Source of the DNA: Amoeboradix gromovi X-113
Taxonomy: Eukaryota; Fungi; Sanchytriomycota
DNA: 11,752 nucleotides
Assembly (NCBI GenBank): GCA_018985225.1
Contig: JADGIF010000285.1
Span: 1 to 11,752, forward strand
Direction of reading: 5' to 3'
The position numbers were made by a program, and so were the translations under genes. Within the stretch, counting starts at the first letter, position 1, and every line of letters begins with the position of its first letter. The notes under the pieces are model-generated. The model made no database searches. It was given only the letters and a program-made list of their open reading frames with translations, and was not told where the DNA came from. Of this stretch, positions 9,301-11,752 are shown piece after piece.

Positions 9301-10993
9301 CCATTGTAGACGGTATATGCTTGCTTAACAATTCGCATGTGTTTTTGAGTATTGACATATCATTAATGATTGGATAACACGTAGGCTCAACGTGTATAAA
9401 AGTACTGATTATGTTAAATATGCAACCGCAAATAGCGTCATCAGTATAGTTTAGCAAGTAGTGGTTAATAGATTTGGGAATCTTAGTTTCCAGCAGATGA
9501 CGCACATTTATATTAGTGCCATTGCTAGCAATTAAGTGGTGGACGAACTTCAGCAAAGACTTTGTGTAGATGCATTGAGCCGTAACTGATGCGCTACTAG
9601 CGTTTGTTGGAGTACTTGTCAAGACATTGATTTCTTCAGAACATGCGTTACTTAAAATGGATATACCATTCAATGATTTAAATATCTCATACACTGATGG
9701 TTGAGTATATATTAGCAAGTCAATAAAATGACAGGATCTGAATTTTAACATGTAATTAATGTAAGTTGGCTCGTAAGTACTAGTTAGAGTGTTAATAAGA
9801 GACTGGAAAAGACCGCTGCCCGTTACAAGAAGGCTATTGTTGTTATATATGCAGTGGGTTAGCAACACAAATACTGAATCCAGTATGTACAGTAAATGGC
9901 TAGAATCGTTGAACTTTGATATAAACATAGAGATAGTAGAATAGAGGTTTAACAGTAAAGATTGAGATATTATATTGTGTTTACCTACCAGTGACTCTAA
10001 GCAATAAAGCGAGTAGTAGAGCAGAGGTGAAGGAGGTTGTTGGCATTCTAAATCAATCAATTGCAACAGCTGATGGATAAAATGAGGCTCATTAGGATCG
10101 TGGTTTAAGTGAGAAAGCAGGCAAGTAGACAGTAATTTGATTCTTAGCAGCTGCAAAGGGTTAGTAGACATAAGACATTTTATGAAATAATAAAGCTGAA
10201 AACAATGCAATTCATTACACTCAATAGCATCCTTGAATTCAGTATCACTGGTACTCGGATACTGCATATGATAGAGTTTCGTATACTTGCTATAGATATC
10301 CATAATGTTGGTTGAGTCAATAACTACTTTAAAAGAAATGGTTCCGCTAGGGATAATTGGAATACTAGATTGACGCTTACGAGTAGATGCTTTGCGCTTT
10401 TTGCGAAGAGGCTCTTCAGTCATATGCTGTTGAATAAATTCTTGCTGATTTGTAGTGCGGTAGAATGAAAAGGTAGGTTTTAATTTAATCTTATCATTAT
10501 AAACATCAGTGAGAGGTCCTAAGATAGGATTGAGAGTTTGAAGACGCTTTATACTCAATTGGACAGGTGCCTTATACCTTTGAGACGAAATGCGATGAAT
10601 TGGTCGAAGAAGGAACAATAGTGTATTCTCAACTACATCTAAGTCATAGCACATCAGCAAAGTGTTTAGGTGCTCATATGAATTGTAAATGGTTCTATTG
10701 GTGCAGCTTTCTAACAACAGCCGACTAAAGTTTAATATCGAAAGTACAAGAACGTGCTGGAATGGTTGAAATTGCTTACTAGCGTTCGCCTCTGTTTGTA
10801 ATAAGCCATCAAAAAGATTTAGCACATCAATCCAATGGTGTAAATCGCCTCGTTTAAATGGCCAGATTTCATAATTATTTAATATCTTTGGGAGCTCTGA
10901 GATATCGGAATTGAGAATAGTGTTAATTAGTGCTAGCACATGACCCGTAGGATGACCATGGTTGTGTTTATTTACTCTTCGAATTGGTGCCAT
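3332..10993 (-). CDS. TOM1: HECT E3 ubiquitin-protein ligase Tom1/HUWE1 orthologue, 2553 aa, no introns evident
   Basis: Seen: N-terminal WPFKRGDLHHWIDVLNLFD and NRTIYNSYEHL, then FIHVEPT, AICL and LGTGMEELIRHQPLLK (Tom1/HUWE1 DUF908/DUF913 motifs). These are followed by a UBA-like segment, a long acidic region, a UBM-like motif and a C-terminal HECT domain ending LPVAHTCFNQLDLP...GFGLA. The ORF track starts at TTG 11038, but the first ATG is at 10993 (MAPIRR). Confidence 0.95.
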   Translation of the reverse strand: MAPIRRVNKHNHGHPTGHVLALINTILNSDISELPKILNNYEIWPFKRGDLHHWIDVLNLFDGLLQTEANASKQFQPFQHVLVLSILNFSRLLLESCTNRTIYNSYEHLNTLLMCYDLDVVENTLLFLLRPIHRISSQRYKAPVQLSIKRLQTLNPILGPLTDVYNDKIKLKPTFSFYRTTNQQEFIQQHMTEEPLRKKRKASTRKRQSSIPIIPSGTISFKVVIDSTNIMDIYSKYTKLYHMQYPSTSDTEFKDAIECNELHCFQLYYFIKCLMSTNPLQLLRIKLLSTCLLSHLNHDPNEPHFIHQLLQLIDLECQQPPSPLLYYSLYCLESLVGKHNIISQSLLLNLYSTISMFISKFNDSSHLLYILDSVFVLLTHCIYNNNSLLVTGSGLFQSLINTLTSTYEPTYINYMLKFRSCHFIDLLIYTQPSVYEIFKSLNGISILSNACSEEINVLTSTPTNASSASVTAQCIYTKSLLKFVHHLIASNGTNINVRHLLETKIPKSINHYLLNYTDDAICGCIFNIISTFIHVEPTCYPIINDMSILKNTCELLSKHIPSTMDGLQHLPKLFSAICLQSTGLSMILHYKVIQSFYSIYYSSEYISDLNELDVSKSLGTGMEELIRHQPLLKELIITEMINVTRKLLEYKNGNLDEYAVAGLSTTTVLFNDIQPLIISYMIEVHVKYLSGFFQNQQHAELFISSNGILILDLFELEVQYNFANSKASYFLSHVIHTLCESHMQLIIDVIGNKLKQLYTKYKQISVENIIDLLNTPCIDLIHFLKTWYCFIGILSDLYSNNQLNKQLITLSPSLIQQVIEIHSFCILQCCLLRTLPITIFNDINASKKHSITGVLAIHNIYAIDHPISINNQYIGGINSVEYRNVLLFKTLFTSIHNCTTSFILGVFKSSTNSLDFTRKCAESLNLYFSNTANIYYYYTVCGLFYYYLMDEKGINRPHIQLLSVFYCQLNGVFIKLNEQLKRIVTGTVDVNSKTFSSAPSSSSSVNASTVLFTYLQLHAMMINQKLINSSPLFTALSTSNRIYFNMACYLQSMYSMDLLILDWVIPFILDNNVINASDSADNSSVNIISNISKLLQCLDYKLSFYELLEMGFHYKAIIDASILLHSTSADAICDYLTNNHEFNNSRVINSESMPTYKYHINEDVYTLLFDFAVRTPFIESSSISVILENVDYMQLLVKYDLDLKIQFIVNLSNSKIIGYLKFDDLQVDLLELMKQNKLTKYHILFKTWQIKYNRHLNTANPVEVDLYIPPIPILFQYAINHDALLYEPVLQLIAVYSVCNYSKSSHSDLIFILSNLQPIKHFKSIHSLLIAIFMYSWFTESDFISLTSNIIKLGVKNEYYTLTHFTRQFNHLACNPQLFLKSCVNTIQLVQDGLQTRVRLLTIDAMAADDAASISIAQSSTLEALTALLTTSPYTRHIVLQIYSEIIKYHQGLKDYWSKHLNVLIQYLPASNIKTVQFDSKWSTMIILGIADVLECPFNAKYISRIFEQLQNPQSNTEQHALITSTCELLLKLLTNGKNTLRIVKQSDPLIQLFDLLIKSNLLNYITLQQCKLDCNHPRYKSITSPYYKLIDLMSIYGYKHDDGVIDFKSELQMNDVELINEAVEEDDDDISDEYDMEEQEYFHSDESLTTDNTETEMIRDSDSDMDIDIDMGDSSDVGEHDIEEMQEIEEIEELQDMTDEELDELQHDMESGSSSAINDTPRLQHLLTDLFGHERVHHNHYSYTTPPNTSTDLDGISVYNQFTPSSYANRSRLILKQSVYDIEEYNTMTTSLLESSVVKVVADVVDDDVVDVMSSSDDVETTDEDSVGNDIPVDSNIDTTVLNEIPLEFREEALVQHHLHFYQQEFEDENDVINPFQIQQSVPNSVSYKNTSISVLSSKSIQMIVSTVLNDVNMNIFNKCIVHLSLQSDNAAVVIQSILEALIVGIKGFSKYTVHCKYIGLLLHLLQFIRPMCKLMKLEYTIKQTKNTGIGWLCMFNKHHDILLHVLALIYQKEEEEEEDKEDKEDANPQSWESTMMLQQVVLMIKMDLNSKLLQYMLIITKNINNRGELQLLLNKELSSVTNSNTPDYNMVLRIIKALECLESTFEELKKIEFFKLDSAITDNPPTALLECLFIIYNNLEIVEYAKAYSGMINKIISQQPLLLNTSFQILIKHPHYLEFEHKRKWFDNNKMKAVGNIQLNIRRSHIFEDSYHQIMNKSVQELKENKIQIKFYNEDGIDSGGLTREWYSEVSKEIFNPDYALFVKYHDTYQPNQSSWVNPDHLNFYKFIGRFIAKSIMENQVLDCWFTRSFYKHLLGLKVNLSDLEMIDVEYYNSLKWMTMNDITGVIESNFTVEVEEFGNKKTIQLCADGSNRAVTNENKLEYIDLIVDLKLTGNIKEQLNHFKMGFYELVNESVVKVFDEHELELLISGLPEIDVDDWKNNTEYVGYTNTSPQVQWYWRSVRNMDQESLAKLLQFITGTSKVPMDGFKGLQGNVGIQKFQIHKDYGHVQRLPVAHTCFNQLDLPLYESYEQLNKQLVLAIHECTTGFGLA
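3335..4399 (-). other. HECT catalytic domain of TOM1 (boundaries approximate; catalytic Cys codon at 3434..3436)
   Basis: IRRSHIFEDSY, EDGIDSGGLTREWY, FYKFIGRFIAK, ELELLISGLPEIDVDDWK, LLQFITGTSKVPMDGF and HTCFNQLDLP are standard HECT motifs. Confidence 0.93.
5420..5482 (-). other. Ubiquitin-binding motif (UBM/DUF4414-like) within TOM1
   Basis: IDTTVLNEIPLEFREEALVQH fits the IDPxFLxALPxDIRxEVL-type UBM pattern and follows the acidic region, as in HUWE1. Confidence 0.65.
7580..7680 (-). other. UBA-like domain within TOM1 (approximate)
   Basis: ELLEMGFHYKAIIDASILLHSTSADAICDYL contains the MGF loop and the terminal A-x-x-Y-L helix typical of UBA domains, at the position expected in HUWE1/Tom1. 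Confidence 0.7.
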
Positions 10994-11116
10994 CTCAATC
11001 CCTGTTTGATTGTAAAAGAGGATTTTGGCACTCCACAAAATCTAGAAAAAGTTTTTGAAACCAAATGTCTCATAATGTAGCACTGCCTAATAGTTTTCAC
11101 AAATGATTTGGAATGC

Positions 11117-11135
11117 ACTCTGTGATAACGAGACT
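11117..11135 (+). repeat. Bipartite motif copy 1: ACTCTGT-GATAA-CGAGACT
   Basis: Read directly. The 7-nt arms and 5-nt spacer length are identical to the copies at 11270 and 11310. Confidence 0.85.
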
Positions 11136-11269
11136 TTCTCAAAAGTTTCGAAAAGGCAAAATTGGTAATTTCGAATAGAGGAAATCAAGAGGTATTTATT
11201 GATCCTTGATTGACGTCGATCAAAGCGAATCTCTTGAAATGGTTCCATAGTGTAAGCAACTGTGGCTTC

Positions 11270-11288
11270 ACTCTGTAAAAGCGAGACT
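11270..11288 (+). repeat. Bipartite motif copy 2: ACTCTGT-AAAAG-CGAGACT
   Basis: Read directly from the sequence. Confidence 0.85.
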
Positions 11289-11309
11289 AAAATTGGTTTC
11301 AGTTGATTT

Positions 11310-11328
11310 ACTCTGTCAAATCGAGACT
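11310..11328 (+). repeat. Bipartite motif copy 3: ACTCTGT-CAAAT-CGAGACT
   Basis: Read directly. It starts 40 nt after copy 2. Confidence 0.85.
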
Positions 11329-11685
11329 AGGATCTACTGAAGATTAAGAATGGGATAAAGCATAAACCACAATGTCACCTATCATTAATTTAATCATTGG
11401 ACCAGGGATGTCGGGGCGGAACCCTATTATTTCAAGGTGACTAATGACTTCGAACACTTGTAAATCATCAACATTAAAACATGTGGGACATCAAATATGA
11501 AAACTGGACTAACTTTCTGTAACAACTTGGAACATTATTTCAGCATTATTACTTTATGGATTTAAAAGGCGAGTAAACATTCAGCTAGTTGCGGAGTTGA
11601 CGAGTATAAAAGGAAAATAAATATTCTGTACAGCTATTCTCTTACTCTTTCATCTAATCTTTATTTCAAATAAAATATCACTAAT

Positions 11686-11704
11686 ACTCTGTAAAAACTA
11701 GAAT
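11686..11704 (+). repeat. Degenerate bipartite motif copy 4: ACTCTGT-AAAAA-CTAGAAT
   Basis: The left arm is exact, the spacer is the same length, and the right arm matches at 5 of 7 positions. Confidence 0.55.
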
Positions 11705-11752
11705 AGATAAGAGTAATGATGTTAGTATAACATTACAAAATGACTCTGGAAA

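Noticed and set aside
1198-10993. TAA/TAG reassigned to Gln (both long genes end in TGA, and reassignment would lengthen the small ORF to 1198..1476)
   Set aside because: About 3,000 codons in the two genes, including many Gln, contain no in-frame TAA or TAG, so these codons behave as stops.
11117-11328. CRISPR array or LRR-coding repeat as the explanation for the bipartite motif
   Set aside because: The units are 19 nt with a variable core and irregular spacing, the context is eukaryotic and there are no cas genes. Minus-strand translation (SLDLTE, SLAFTE) runs straight into stops, and the copies are not all in one frame.

Overview
AT-rich eukaryotic genomic DNA, probably from a compact, intron-poor fungal or fungus-related genome (lineage is inferred, not shown). 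It holds two convergent, uninterrupted housekeeping genes. The first is NAR1/CIAO3, the [FeFe]-hydrogenase-like cytosolic Fe-S assembly factor (1731..3059, +, 442 aa). The second is a shortened TOM1/HUWE1 HECT E3 ubiquitin ligase (3332..10993, -, 2553 aa). Both supplied ORF calls begin at upstream TTG codons, and the downstream ATGs are the more likely starts. I found no RNA gene, CRISPR array or intact mobile element. The strongest unexplained signal is a bipartite motif, ACTCTGT-nAWAn-CGAGACT, present as three copies with identical arms plus one degenerate copy upstream of TOM1, near an 18-bp near-palindrome and a GC-rich patch. A weaker signal is a CxxC-x12-CxxC zinc-ribbon reading frame divergent from NAR1. 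I cannot support a new multi-gene system from this sequence alone.
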